Assembly (NCBI GenBank): GCA_963843975.1
Contig: CAWJMG010000003.1
Coordinates: 2,400,001-2,432,000 of the forward strand
Length of the DNA stretch: 32,000 bases
Direction of reading: 5' to 3'
Source of the DNA: an uncultured Actinomycetes bacterium
Lineage (GTDB): Bacteria > Actinomycetota > Actinomycetes > S36-B12 > CAIYMF01
Shown here: positions 8,669 to 16,261 of the stretch, in pieces
Numbering within the stretch: the stretch's first letter is position 1
How the letters are laid out: each line of letters begins with the position of its first letter
Made by a program: the position numbers and the translations under genes
The notes under the pieces: model-generated
What the model saw: the letters and a program-made list of their open reading frames with translations, nothing else
Database searches by the model: none
Told to the model about the DNA's origin: nothing

Positions 8669-10162
8669 ATGAGCGATCTCGACGACGGTGTCGACCTCGC
8701 GGCCGGCCCGGACGGCCGCGTGAGCACCTCGGCCGTGGCCAAGGCCGTGGTCGGTGCGGCTCTCGCCGTCGTCGACCCGGACGCCGCGGCCCGCAGCGCT
8801 GCCGTCCGGGAGTGGCGCAAGGACTACCTCGCGCCGTACCGCGACCTCGTCGTCGCAGGCACGCGCACGGCCGGTGCGGCCGACGACGTCGCCCGCACCG
8901 GGCTCGCCGCCCTGCACGCACGCTCGATCTTCCGGCGTGGTGGCGAGGAGGTGCCGCTGCTCGCGGCAGCCGACCGCTGGACGGAGCCGGCGTACTCCTC
9001 CGTCACGATCGAGGGCACCGCCGGGCGCGACACCGGGCTCACCCTGCCCTTCCACGGCAAGCGGCTCTTCGCCGCCGACGTACGTCGCCAGCTCGACTCC
9101 TGGGTGCACGAGGGGATCGTCGAGCGCGGGCTCGCCACCTCGATCCACACCGTGCTCGACCACCCCGACTGGCTGGACCTGACCGGCACCACGGTGGTCG
9201 TCCTCGGCGCCGGCGCCGAGATGGGACCGCTGCGCTCGCTGCTGCGCTGGGGCGCGCACGTCGTCGCGGTCGACCTGCCGCGGCCAGAGGTGTGGCAGCG
9301 GGTCATCGCCACGGCGCGCTCGTCGGCCGGCAGGCTGACCATCCCCGTGCCGCTCGGCGCGACGCCGTCGACCGACGAGGAGATCGCGGCCGTCGCGGGT
9401 GCCGACCTCATCCGCCGGATGCCCGAGGTGCGCACCTGGCTCAGCACGATCGAGGGTCCGTTCACCCTCGGCACCTACACGTACGCCGACGGCGCTACCC
9501 ACGTGCGCGTGGCGCTCGCCGCCGATGCCCTCGGCGCGGCGCTGACGGCGTCCCGCTCGGACGTCGGCCTCGCGTTCCTCGCGACCCCGACCGATGTGTA
9601 CGCCGTGCCGCACACCGCGGTCGAGGAGTCGCGGCGGCGGTGGGAGGGCCGCGGGCTGTCCGGCATCGCGCAGCTGCCCCTGCGTGCGGTCGGCCGGTTC
9701 GCGCCGAACTACCCGGACACCGTCACGACCGACCGCGGCGAGATCGGCGTCGCCGACTGCCTCGTGCCGCAGCAGGGCCCCAACTATGCGCTCGCCAAGC
9801 GGCTGCAGCGCTGGCGCGCGACGCAGTCGCGCCGCGACGGCGTGTGGACGTCGCTCAACATCGCCCCGGCGACCCGCACCCGCTCGGTCGTCAAGAACCG
9901 CGCGCTCGCGGCGGCGTACGCCGGTGCGCACCGCTTCGGAGTCGAGGTCTTCGAGCCGTCGACGTCCAACACCCTCATGGCCGCTCTCCTCGTGCACGAC
10001 CTCCGCTCCACGGAGTCGCTCGCGCGCCCGGACGCTGCCCTTGCCCACCCGGACGACGCGTGGTCGCGCCAGGCCGCGCACGGCGGGCTGTGGCGCTCGG
10101 CGTACGCGCCCCGGAGCGTCCTCGGCATCGCCGCCGCCCTGGGCGTCCTGACCCGCAGCTGA
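8669..10162 (+). CDS. Hypothetical protein with a central Rossmann-like dinucleotide-binding motif
   Basis: 497 aa from ATG 8669 (a TTG at 8657 is also possible) with high GC3 throughout. TTVVVLGAGAEMGPLRSLLRWGAHVVAVDL is a beta-GxGxxxG-alpha-beta-acidic pattern. I recognise no further family. Confidence 0.7.
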   Translation: MSDLDDGVDLAAGPDGRVSTSAVAKAVVGAALAVVDPDAAARSAAVREWRKDYLAPYRDLVVAGTRTAGAADDVARTGLAALHARSIFRRGGEEVPLLAAADRWTEPAYSSVTIEGTAGRDTGLTLPFHGKRLFAADVRRQLDSWVHEGIVERGLATSIHTVLDHPDWLDLTGTTVVVLGAGAEMGPLRSLLRWGAHVVAVDLPRPEVWQRVIATARSSAGRLTIPVPLGATPSTDEEIAAVAGADLIRRMPEVRTWLSTIEGPFTLGTYTYADGATHVRVALAADALGAALTASRSDVGLAFLATPTDVYAVPHTAVEESRRRWEGRGLSGIAQLPLRAVGRFAPNYPDTVTTDRGEIGVADCLVPQQGPNYALAKRLQRWRATQSRRDGVWTSLNIAPATRTRSVVKNRALAAAYAGAHRFGVEVFEPSTSNTLMAALLVHDLRSTESLARPDAALAHPDDAWSRQAAHGGLWRSAYAPRSVLGIAAALGVLTRS

Positions 10163-10236
10163 CCCTCCGGCCGTTACCCGGGTAACCACCCTGCGCTCTG
10201 CCGCACGCTCCCTACCCGGGTAGCGCGGGTACGTCG

Positions 10237-10422
10237 CTAGGACAGGTGGCCGAGGAGGTCGTAGACCACGAACGCGGGCCAGACGAGGGCCTTGAGCAGG
10301 CCGACGACGTGCCCGCCGAACCCGTCCGCCTGCTGCCAGTACCAGACCGCCGCACCGATGAGGCCGAGCCCGTAGACCGCGTTGCCGCCGGCCGAGGCGC
10401 CCGAGCTGTTGTTCTTCGCCAT
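10237..10422 (-). CDS. Small membrane protein (61 aa)
   Basis: MAKNNSSGASAGGNAVYGLGLIGAAVWYWQQADGFGGHVVGLLKALVWPAFVVYDLLGHLS has two hydrophobic helices. A strong Shine-Dalgarno (GGAGGAGGAGG) precedes ATG 10422. The longer ORF to 10554 is an extension. Confidence 0.7.
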   Translation of the reverse strand: MAKNNSSGASAGGNAVYGLGLIGAAVWYWQQADGFGGHVVGLLKALVWPAFVVYDLLGHLS

Positions 10423-10616
10423 GCCCCCAGCCTCCTCCTCCGGCGTACGGCCGGAGGGGTGATGTCCGTCTCGCGGGCAGGCCGGAACCGTGCTCACGCG
10501 CGGTGCCCGCCGGCGTACGGCGGCCGCGCACGATTCGGTCGATCCGGGGGTCACCCGCTACCGTGGTGATCACTCCGCGTCACCTGGGAAGACTTTCATT
10601 GACGCGACCGCGCTCG

Positions 10617-11894
10617 ATGAACCCGTCTGGATACCCCGTGACCACCCTGCTCGACCGTACGACGCATGCCGTCGTGTCCGATCCCGCCGCCCTCACCGCC
10701 GTCGTCGACATCGACGCGACGCCGACCTTCGAGTCGCTGGGCCTGCCCGCGCCGCTCGTGGCCGCCCTCGTGCGCGCCGGCATCGCGACGCCGTTCCCGA
10801 TCCAGGCCGAGACGATCCCGGACGCCCTCGCCGGCAACGACCTCCTCGGTCGCGGCAGCACGGGCTCGGGCAAGACCCTCGCCTTCGGTCTGCCGCTGAT
10901 CGCCCGCATCGCGGGCATGCCGGCGCAGCCCAAGCACCCGCGCGCCGTCATCCTGGTGCCGACCCGTGAGCTCGCGATGCAGGTCAACGACGCGCTCGAG
11001 CCCCTCGGCCGCTCGCTCGGCCTGCACTTCAAGACCGTCGTCGGCGGCACCTCGATGGAGAAGCAGATCTACGCGCTGCGTCGCGGGGTCGACGTCCTCG
11101 TCGCCACCCCGGGCCGCATCGCCGACCTGATCCGCCAGGGCGAGTGCATCCTCGACGACGTCGAGATGGTGGTCCTCGACGAGGCCGACCAGATGTGCGA
11201 CATGGGCTTCCTGCCCGAGGTCACCGCCCTGCTCGAGCTCTGCTCCCCGGCCGCGCAGACCCTGCTCTTCTCCGCGACGCTCGACGGCGACGTCGACACC
11301 ATCGTCCGCGAGCACATGCACGAGCCGGTGCGCCACGAGCTCGACTCCGAGACCTCGCCGGTCGACACGATGGAGCACCACGTGCTCGTCGTGAACCGCG
11401 AGGACAAGGCTGTCGTCGCCACCGAGATCGCGCGCCGCGACGGCCGCACGATCATGTTCGTCCGCTCGCAGCTCGGCGCCGAGCGCGTCGCCGGCAACAT
11501 CGCCGACCGCGGCGTGAACGCCCGCGCCCTGCACGGCGGCATGAGCCAGAACGCCCGCACACGCACGATGGCGGAGTTCAAGGAGGGGCGCATCGACGTC
11601 CTCGTCGCCACCGACGTCGCCGCCCGCGGAATCCACGTCGATGACATCTCGCTGGTCGTCCACGTCGACCCGCCGGAGGACCCCAAGGCCTACCTGCACC
11701 GTGCCGGCCGTACGGCGCGTGCCGGTGCCGAGGGCCGCGTCGTCACCCTCGTCCTGCGCAACCAGCGCAAGGGCATGCAGCGCCTGCACGAGAAGGCTGG
11801 CGTCTCCGCCGAGGAGCACGAGGTCGAGCCCGGCTCGGTGAAGCTCGCCGAGCTCACCGGCTCGCGCACCGCCCGTGAGTCGCGCCAGGCCTGA
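10617..11894 (+). CDS. DEAD-box ATP-dependent RNA helicase
   Basis: Q-motif region (TFESLGL...TPFPIQAETIP), motif I GSTGSGKTLAF, PTRELA, DEAD (VLDEADQM), SAT, HRAGRTARAG. The start is placed at ATG 10617. Confidence 0.92.
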   Translation: MNPSGYPVTTLLDRTTHAVVSDPAALTAVVDIDATPTFESLGLPAPLVAALVRAGIATPFPIQAETIPDALAGNDLLGRGSTGSGKTLAFGLPLIARIAGMPAQPKHPRAVILVPTRELAMQVNDALEPLGRSLGLHFKTVVGGTSMEKQIYALRRGVDVLVATPGRIADLIRQGECILDDVEMVVLDEADQMCDMGFLPEVTALLELCSPAAQTLLFSATLDGDVDTIVREHMHEPVRHELDSETSPVDTMEHHVLVVNREDKAVVATEIARRDGRTIMFVRSQLGAERVAGNIADRGVNARALHGGMSQNARTRTMAEFKEGRIDVLVATDVAARGIHVDDISLVVHVDPPEDPKAYLHRAGRTARAGAEGRVVTLVLRNQRKGMQRLHEKAGVSAEEHEVEPGSVKLAELTGSRTARESRQA

Positions 11895-11912
11895 TCCGCC
11901 CGAACAGCACGA

Positions 11913-11945
11913 GAAGCCTCGGTCGTCACAGACGACCGGGGCTTC
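11913..11945. terminator. Bidirectional hairpin between the convergent helicase and MFS genes
   Basis: GAAGCCTCGGTCGTC (11913-11927), loop ACA, GACGACCGGGGCTTC (11931-11945). The 15-bp stem has one mismatch and is followed by TTGCTGTCT. Confidence 0.65.
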
Positions 11946-11957
11946 TTGCTGTCTCGG

Positions 11958-13226
11958 CTAGGTGGCGACGGCGCCGTCGACGACCGTGTCGGGTGCGTCG
12001 TGCGGAGCGATGCGGAACCAGCCTGCGAGCAGCGGGACGACGAGGAGCACGGGCACGAGCGCCGCGAACGCCCAGCGCAGGCCGACGCCTTCGGCGATGC
12101 CGCCGATGAGCGGTGCGCCGACGACGAAGCCCGCGTAGTTGAAGACGTTGACGCGCGCGACGGCGACGCCGCTCGCGGCCTTGTCGTGCGATGCGGCGGC
12201 GGAGAAGGCCAGCGGGATCGCAGGGCAGATGCCGAGGCCGAGGATGCCGAACGCCACGAGGGCGAGCGCCGGTGACGGCGCGACGGCGAGGGCGACGGCC
12301 GCGGCGACCGCGATGAACCCGCCGATGCGCACGAGCGGCACCGGGCCGATGCGGTCGACGTACCGGTCGACGACGAACCGGCCGACCATGGTCATGAACG
12401 CGTAGACGCCGTACGCCAGGGCGGCCGTGCTCTCGCTGCTGCCGAGCCCGTCGTTGAGGTAGACCGCGCTCCAGTTGGAGGCGCCGGAGTCGGCGATGTA
12501 GACGCACATGAGCGCGATGCCGACGAGCAGCACGGGCCGCCAGTTGATGTGCCCCTTCTCCGACTGCACGACCTCGGGCGTGGGGTGCCCGGGCAGGAGG
12601 AAGCGGCCGACGAGCAGCTGGAACGGGATGGTGACGACGGCGATGGCGGCGAAGAACAGACCGAGCGAGAGCGAGGAGTCGGCGGCGAACGAGGCGAGGA
12701 TCGCTCCGACGAGGCCGGCCAGGCTGAAGGCGGCGTAGTACGACGCGACGACGCTGTGGCCGATGTCGTCCTGCACCCGCACGCCCTGGATGTTCATCGA
12801 CGCGTCGACCGAGCCGAGCCCGATGCCGACGATCACCATGCCGAGGATGAGCATCGGGATGCTCTGCGCGAACCCGATCGCGACCAGGCCGAGCGGCGTG
12901 ACCGGCCCCATCACCCGCAGCACGACGCGGCTGCCGTGCTTGGGCGACAGCGCGCCGGCGACGACGCTGCCGATGCCCGCGACGATCGGCACGAGTCCGA
13001 CCATGAGGCCGAGCTCGCCGTCGGACAGGTCGAAGCGCGACTGCAGCGTGGGGATGCGCGTCACGAGCGCGGCGAAGCACACGCCCTGCACGATGAACGC
13101 GACGGTGACGGCGAGCCGCGCCCGCGTCAGGTCGATCGGGTGCTGCGCCGTCGTGGTGCCCGAGGTCGGTGTGCTCACCGCCGCACGCTCCCACACGCGA
13201 TCGCCGTACGACCCCCGGACGCGCAC
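11958..13226 (-). CDS. MFS transporter
   Basis: About 12 TM helices with Gly/Ala/Val-rich MFS composition. The longest ORF starts at GTG 13226. An alternative GTG at 13178 is preceded by GGGAG. Confidence 0.8.
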   Translation of the reverse strand: MRVRGSYGDRVWERAAVSTPTSGTTTAQHPIDLTRARLAVTVAFIVQGVCFAALVTRIPTLQSRFDLSDGELGLMVGLVPIVAGIGSVVAGALSPKHGSRVVLRVMGPVTPLGLVAIGFAQSIPMLILGMVIVGIGLGSVDASMNIQGVRVQDDIGHSVVASYYAAFSLAGLVGAILASFAADSSLSLGLFFAAIAVVTIPFQLLVGRFLLPGHPTPEVVQSEKGHINWRPVLLVGIALMCVYIADSGASNWSAVYLNDGLGSSESTAALAYGVYAFMTMVGRFVVDRYVDRIGPVPLVRIGGFIAVAAAVALAVAPSPALALVAFGILGLGICPAIPLAFSAAASHDKAASGVAVARVNVFNYAGFVVGAPLIGGIAEGVGLRWAFAALVPVLLVVPLLAGWFRIAPHDAPDTVVDGAVAT

Positions 13227-13234
13227 TCAGATCC

Positions 13235-13258
13235 CGCGAGTTACTGCCCAAAGCGGGG
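13235..13258 (+). repeat. IS30-family left terminal inverted repeat
   Basis: CGCGAGTTACTGCCCAAAGCGGGG, compared with the reverse complement of 14385-14408, CGCGAGTTACCGCCCAAAGTGGGG. Confidence 0.8.
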
Positions 13259-13308
13259 GCGTTCTCAACTGGTAGTTGCACGTGGTCTTGTGCAGCTTGG
13301 AGGTTGGG

Positions 13309-14355
13309 ATGCCTGGAGCGAGGTTGACCGAGCACGACCGTGGGGTGATCGAGCGGGCCATGCGGCAGGGGTTGTCTGTGCCGCAGATCGCCGAACTGGT
13401 GGGCAAGCACCGCACCACCGTGGCGCGTGAGTTGTCGCAAGGCTCTGGGTCGCGCCCCAATCGCAGGCCCAAGCATCCGGCGGGGTCGGCGCGCCGCGGG
13501 ACCCGAGGACGCTCTGCGGTCTATCACGCCTGGGTCGCTCAGGCCCGGGCCACGGAGTCGGCTCGGCGGCCGAAGGGTTTCAAGCTCGCCGGGGACCTGG
13601 GGCTGGTGGTGTCGGGGCTGCTTCAGGCGAACTGGTCCCCGCAGCAGATTGCCCAGCGGTTGCCCGAGCTCTATCCCGACCAGGACGGTATGAGGGTGAG
13701 CCACGAGACGATCTATCGGTCACTGTTCGTGCAGGCTCGCGGCGAGCTTCGCCGCGAGCTGGCCAAGCATCTGCGCACCGGGCGGACCAGCCGCAAGCCG
13801 CAGGGACGTAAGGAGACCCGCGGCAAGCTGGTCGGCACCATCCCGATCAGCGCTCGGCCGGCTGAGGCCGCTGACCGTGCCGTTCCGGGCCATTGGGAGG
13901 GCGACCTGCTGATGGGCGGGATCGGCAAGGGCGCTGTGATCACTCTGGTCGAGCGGTCGACCAGGTTCGTGCTGCTCGCTCCGCTGCCCGACACCCACAA
14001 GGCGATCGACCTCCAAGAGGTCCTCACCCCGTTGATCGCCTCACTGCCCGACCAGATCCGCAAGACCCTGACCTGGGACCGGGGCAAGGAGATGGCCCAG
14101 CACGCGGCGATCGCCATCGAAGCGGACATCGACATCTACTTCGCCGACCCGCACTCACCCTGGCAACGAGGCAGCAACGAGAACACCAACGGGCTGCTGC
14201 GTCAGTACTGGCCCAAGGGCGCCGACATGCGCGGACTGACCCAGGCCGACTGCGACGCCGTCGCCCTCAGCCTCAACACCCGACCGCGCATGACCCTGGA
14301 CTGGAAGACTCCCCGCGAGGCCCTCACCGAGGTCCTCGGTGCAACAGCCGCTTGA
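13309..14355 (+). CDS. IS30-family DDE transposase
   Basis: N-terminal HTH (GLSVPQIAELVGKHRTTVAREL), HWEGDLLMG, TLTWDRGKEM, and YFADPHSPWQRGSNENTNGLLRQYWPKG, which are IS30 hallmark motifs. ATG 13309 is preceded by GGAGG. A TTG at 13276 is the listed alternative start. Confidence 0.92.
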   Translation: MPGARLTEHDRGVIERAMRQGLSVPQIAELVGKHRTTVARELSQGSGSRPNRRPKHPAGSARRGTRGRSAVYHAWVAQARATESARRPKGFKLAGDLGLVVSGLLQANWSPQQIAQRLPELYPDQDGMRVSHETIYRSLFVQARGELRRELAKHLRTGRTSRKPQGRKETRGKLVGTIPISARPAEAADRAVPGHWEGDLLMGGIGKGAVITLVERSTRFVLLAPLPDTHKAIDLQEVLTPLIASLPDQIRKTLTWDRGKEMAQHAAIAIEADIDIYFADPHSPWQRGSNENTNGLLRQYWPKGADMRGLTQADCDAVALSLNTRPRMTLDWKTPREALTEVLGATAA

Positions 14356-14384
14356 GACCGCCGGGGCTTTCGGGCGCTCGATCA

Positions 14385-14408
14385 CCCCACTTTGGGCGGT
14401 AACTCGCG
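14385..14408 (-). repeat. IS30-family right terminal inverted repeat
   Basis: CCCCACTTTGGGCGGTAACTCGCG. Its reverse complement matches the left repeat at 22/24 positions. Confidence 0.8.
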
Positions 14409-14412
14409 TGCG

Positions 14413-15357
14413 TCAGGCGGCGTGCTTCGCGGCTGCGGCGGTCGCGAGGTACGGCGCCAGGTGGGCGGCGAGGACGTCGGCGGCCGGGGTCGGCACGAGG
14501 CCGAGCTCGCGCTGGGCGGCGCTCGAGTCGAGGACGAAGTCGTCCTTCATCTGGTACGCGACGTCGGGGAGCTCGCGGATGAGCGGGCTGAAGACGCCGA
14601 GCGCCTTCATCATCCAGGGCGCGTACTCGCCCATCTTCGGCGTCGGCACTCCGGCCATGCGCGCGAGCTCGGTGATGGCCTCGCGCTGGCTCATCGTGAG
14701 CGCGCTCGGCACGTGCCACGGGCGGCCCCAGGCGCGCTGGTCGGCGCCGATCGCCACGAGCGTCGCGGCCATGTCCTCGGTGTAGGTCCACGTGTGCCTC
14801 GAGTCGAGGCTCTGGGTCACGGTGACCTTCTTGCCGGCGAGCAGCTTCGGCATCACGCGGTCGCCGAGGTGGCTCTCGGCGCCGGGCCCGATGTAGTCGG
14901 CCCCGCGCGCCTCGGTGACCCGCACGCGACCGGCCTCGTGGGCGGCGAGCGCGTCGAGCCACATCCGGTTGCGCACCTGGGCCTTGGAGTACGTGCCGGC
15001 CAGCGGCTGGTCCTCGGTCATCGGCCGGTCGACCGGGCCGTAGCCGTACAGGTTGGCCGTGGTCACGAGCACGGCGCCGGACGTCTCGGCGGCACCGAGG
15101 AGGGCGGCGGCGACCGGCGGCCAGTCGGTGACCCAGCGGTGGTACTGCGGGTTGACGCAGTTGTAGACGACGTCGGCCCCGGCGGCGAGCTCGGCCATGC
15201 GGCCGGCGTCGGCGGCGTCGGCAGCGATGCGCTCGGTGCCCTCGGGCCCGCTGCCCGAGCGGGTGGCGACGCGGACGGTGTCGCCTGCGGCGAGCAGGCG
15301 GCGGGCGACGGCGGACCCGATCGGGCCGGCCCCCACGACGAGGTGCGTGCGGCTCAT
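14413..15357 (-). CDS. NAD(P)-dependent epimerase/dehydratase-family (atypical SDR) protein
   Basis: MSRTHLVVGAGPIGSAVARRLLAAGDTVRVATRSG is a Rossmann GxGxxG motif. 314 aa. ATG 15357 is preceded by AGGAGA. The gene is divergent from a TetR gene. Confidence 0.8.
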   Translation of the reverse strand: MSRTHLVVGAGPIGSAVARRLLAAGDTVRVATRSGSGPEGTERIAADAADAGRMAELAAGADVVYNCVNPQYHRWVTDWPPVAAALLGAAETSGAVLVTTANLYGYGPVDRPMTEDQPLAGTYSKAQVRNRMWLDALAAHEAGRVRVTEARGADYIGPGAESHLGDRVMPKLLAGKKVTVTQSLDSRHTWTYTEDMAATLVAIGADQRAWGRPWHVPSALTMSQREAITELARMAGVPTPKMGEYAPWMMKALGVFSPLIRELPDVAYQMKDDFVLDSSAAQRELGLVPTPAADVLAAHLAPYLATAAAAKHAA

Positions 15358-15393
15358 GCGGTTCTCCTGGCTCTCGTTGCCCTCGCTTTCCGA

Positions 15394-15467
15394 GAGCACT
15401 GCTCACACTATGGAGCGGTGCACTGCTCCCTGTCAAGAGCGGTGCTCACAGAAGTGTTCACCGCTCT
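15394..15467. promoter_or_regulatory. Operator-like cluster of palindromes and 24-bp-spaced repeats in the epimerase/TetR divergent promoter region
   Basis: GAGCA-C-TGCTC (15394-15404), GAGCGGTGCACTGCTC (15413-15428, 14/16 palindromic), and AGAGCGGTG-N14-CACCGCTCT (15436-15467). CACTGCTC and GAGCGGTGC each recur at a 24-bp offset. Confidence 0.55.
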
Positions 15468-15491
15468 CGTTCCTGTGGCATCATCGGCGTC

Positions 15492-16199
15492 GTGACCGAG
15501 ACCGCTGCCGAGACCGCCCCCCGTACGGCGAGGGCGCGCGCCCGCGCCGAGCTCACCCGCGAGATCGTCGAGGCCGCCCGCCGCCAGCTCGTCACCGAGG
15601 GACCGGCGGGCCTCAGCCTCCGCGCCGTGGCGCGCGAGCTGGGCATGGTGAGCAGCGCGGTCTACCGCTACTTCCCCAGCCGCGACGACCTCCTGACCCA
15701 GCTGATCATCGACGCCTACAACGCGGTCGGGGACGCCGCCGAGCAGGCGGACGCCGCCCTCGCGCGTGACGACTTCATGGGGCGCTGGATGGCGGTGTGC
15801 CACGCCACCCGCGACTGGGCGCTGGCCCACCCGCAGGAGTGGGCCCTCATCTACGGCTCGCCCGTTCCCGGCTACCAGGCGCCCGAGGACACCATCGGTC
15901 CCGGCACGCGGGTGTCGATCACCCTCACCCAGGTGCTCGGCGACGCGCTGCAGGCCGGCCGGGCACCGGCCCAGACCGAGGTGCCCGAGGCCGTGTCGCG
16001 ATCCATGCAGGGGCTCAAGGACTTCCTGCCCTACCCCATCCCTGACTCGATGCTCGTGGGCGGCGTCATGGCCCGCACGCAGCTCTTCGGCCACATCAGC
16101 CTCGAGCTCGACGGGCAGTTCACCAACACGATCAACGACCTGCGCACGTTCTTCGACCACGTCATGCGGGTGACCGGCGAGTCCCTCGCACTTGCCTGA
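15492..16199 (+). CDS. TetR/AcrR-family transcriptional regulator
   Basis: N-terminal HTH (GLSLRAVARELGMVSSAVYRYFPSRDDLLTQL) with a C-terminal WHG-like region (ALAHPQEWALIYG). GTG start. Confidence 0.9.
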   Translation: MTETAAETAPRTARARARAELTREIVEAARRQLVTEGPAGLSLRAVARELGMVSSAVYRYFPSRDDLLTQLIIDAYNAVGDAAEQADAALARDDFMGRWMAVCHATRDWALAHPQEWALIYGSPVPGYQAPEDTIGPGTRVSITLTQVLGDALQAGRAPAQTEVPEAVSRSMQGLKDFLPYPIPDSMLVGGVMARTQLFGHISLELDGQFTNTINDLRTFFDHVMRVTGESLALA

Positions 16200-16221
16200 C
16201 CGCGTCAGCGGGCTGCGCCCT

Positions 16222-16236
16222 CGGTGAACACTTCAC
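16222..16236. promoter_or_regulatory. Candidate TetR operator upstream of the S51-like gene pair
   Basis: CGGTGAACACTTC (16222-16234) is the exact reverse complement of GAAGTGTTCACCG at 15451-15463. GTGAA-CAC-TTCAC (16224-16236) is itself palindromic. It lies 26 nt upstream of GTG 16262. Confidence 0.5.
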
Positions 16237-16261
16237 GAGCGCGCACGCAGGATCGCCCCGC

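Larger units (their letters stand above)
13235..14408 (+). mobile_element. Complete IS30-family insertion sequence (1174 bp)
   Basis: A single transposase ORF flanked by 24-bp imperfect terminal inverted repeats (22/24 matches). GC content looks slightly lower than the surroundings. Confidence 0.88.

Noticed and set aside
8594-10573. 659-aa minus-strand ORF. Similar long ORFs occur at 22966..25623 (+), 11926..13704 (-), 6407..7621 (-), 14324..15436 (-) and 16205..17467 (-).
   Set aside because: All are antisense or out of frame relative to genes with clear family motifs and correct GC3 periodicity. Their products are Arg/Pro/Gly-dominated. I treated them as GC-driven spurious ORFs.
13227-14415. 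Target-site duplication flanking the IS30 element
   Set aside because: The flanks (..TCAGATCC | IS | TGCGTCA..) share no direct repeat. The terminal CGCG of each inverted repeat is self-complementary, so it could equally be a 4-bp duplication or part of the repeat. This cannot be resolved without an empty site.
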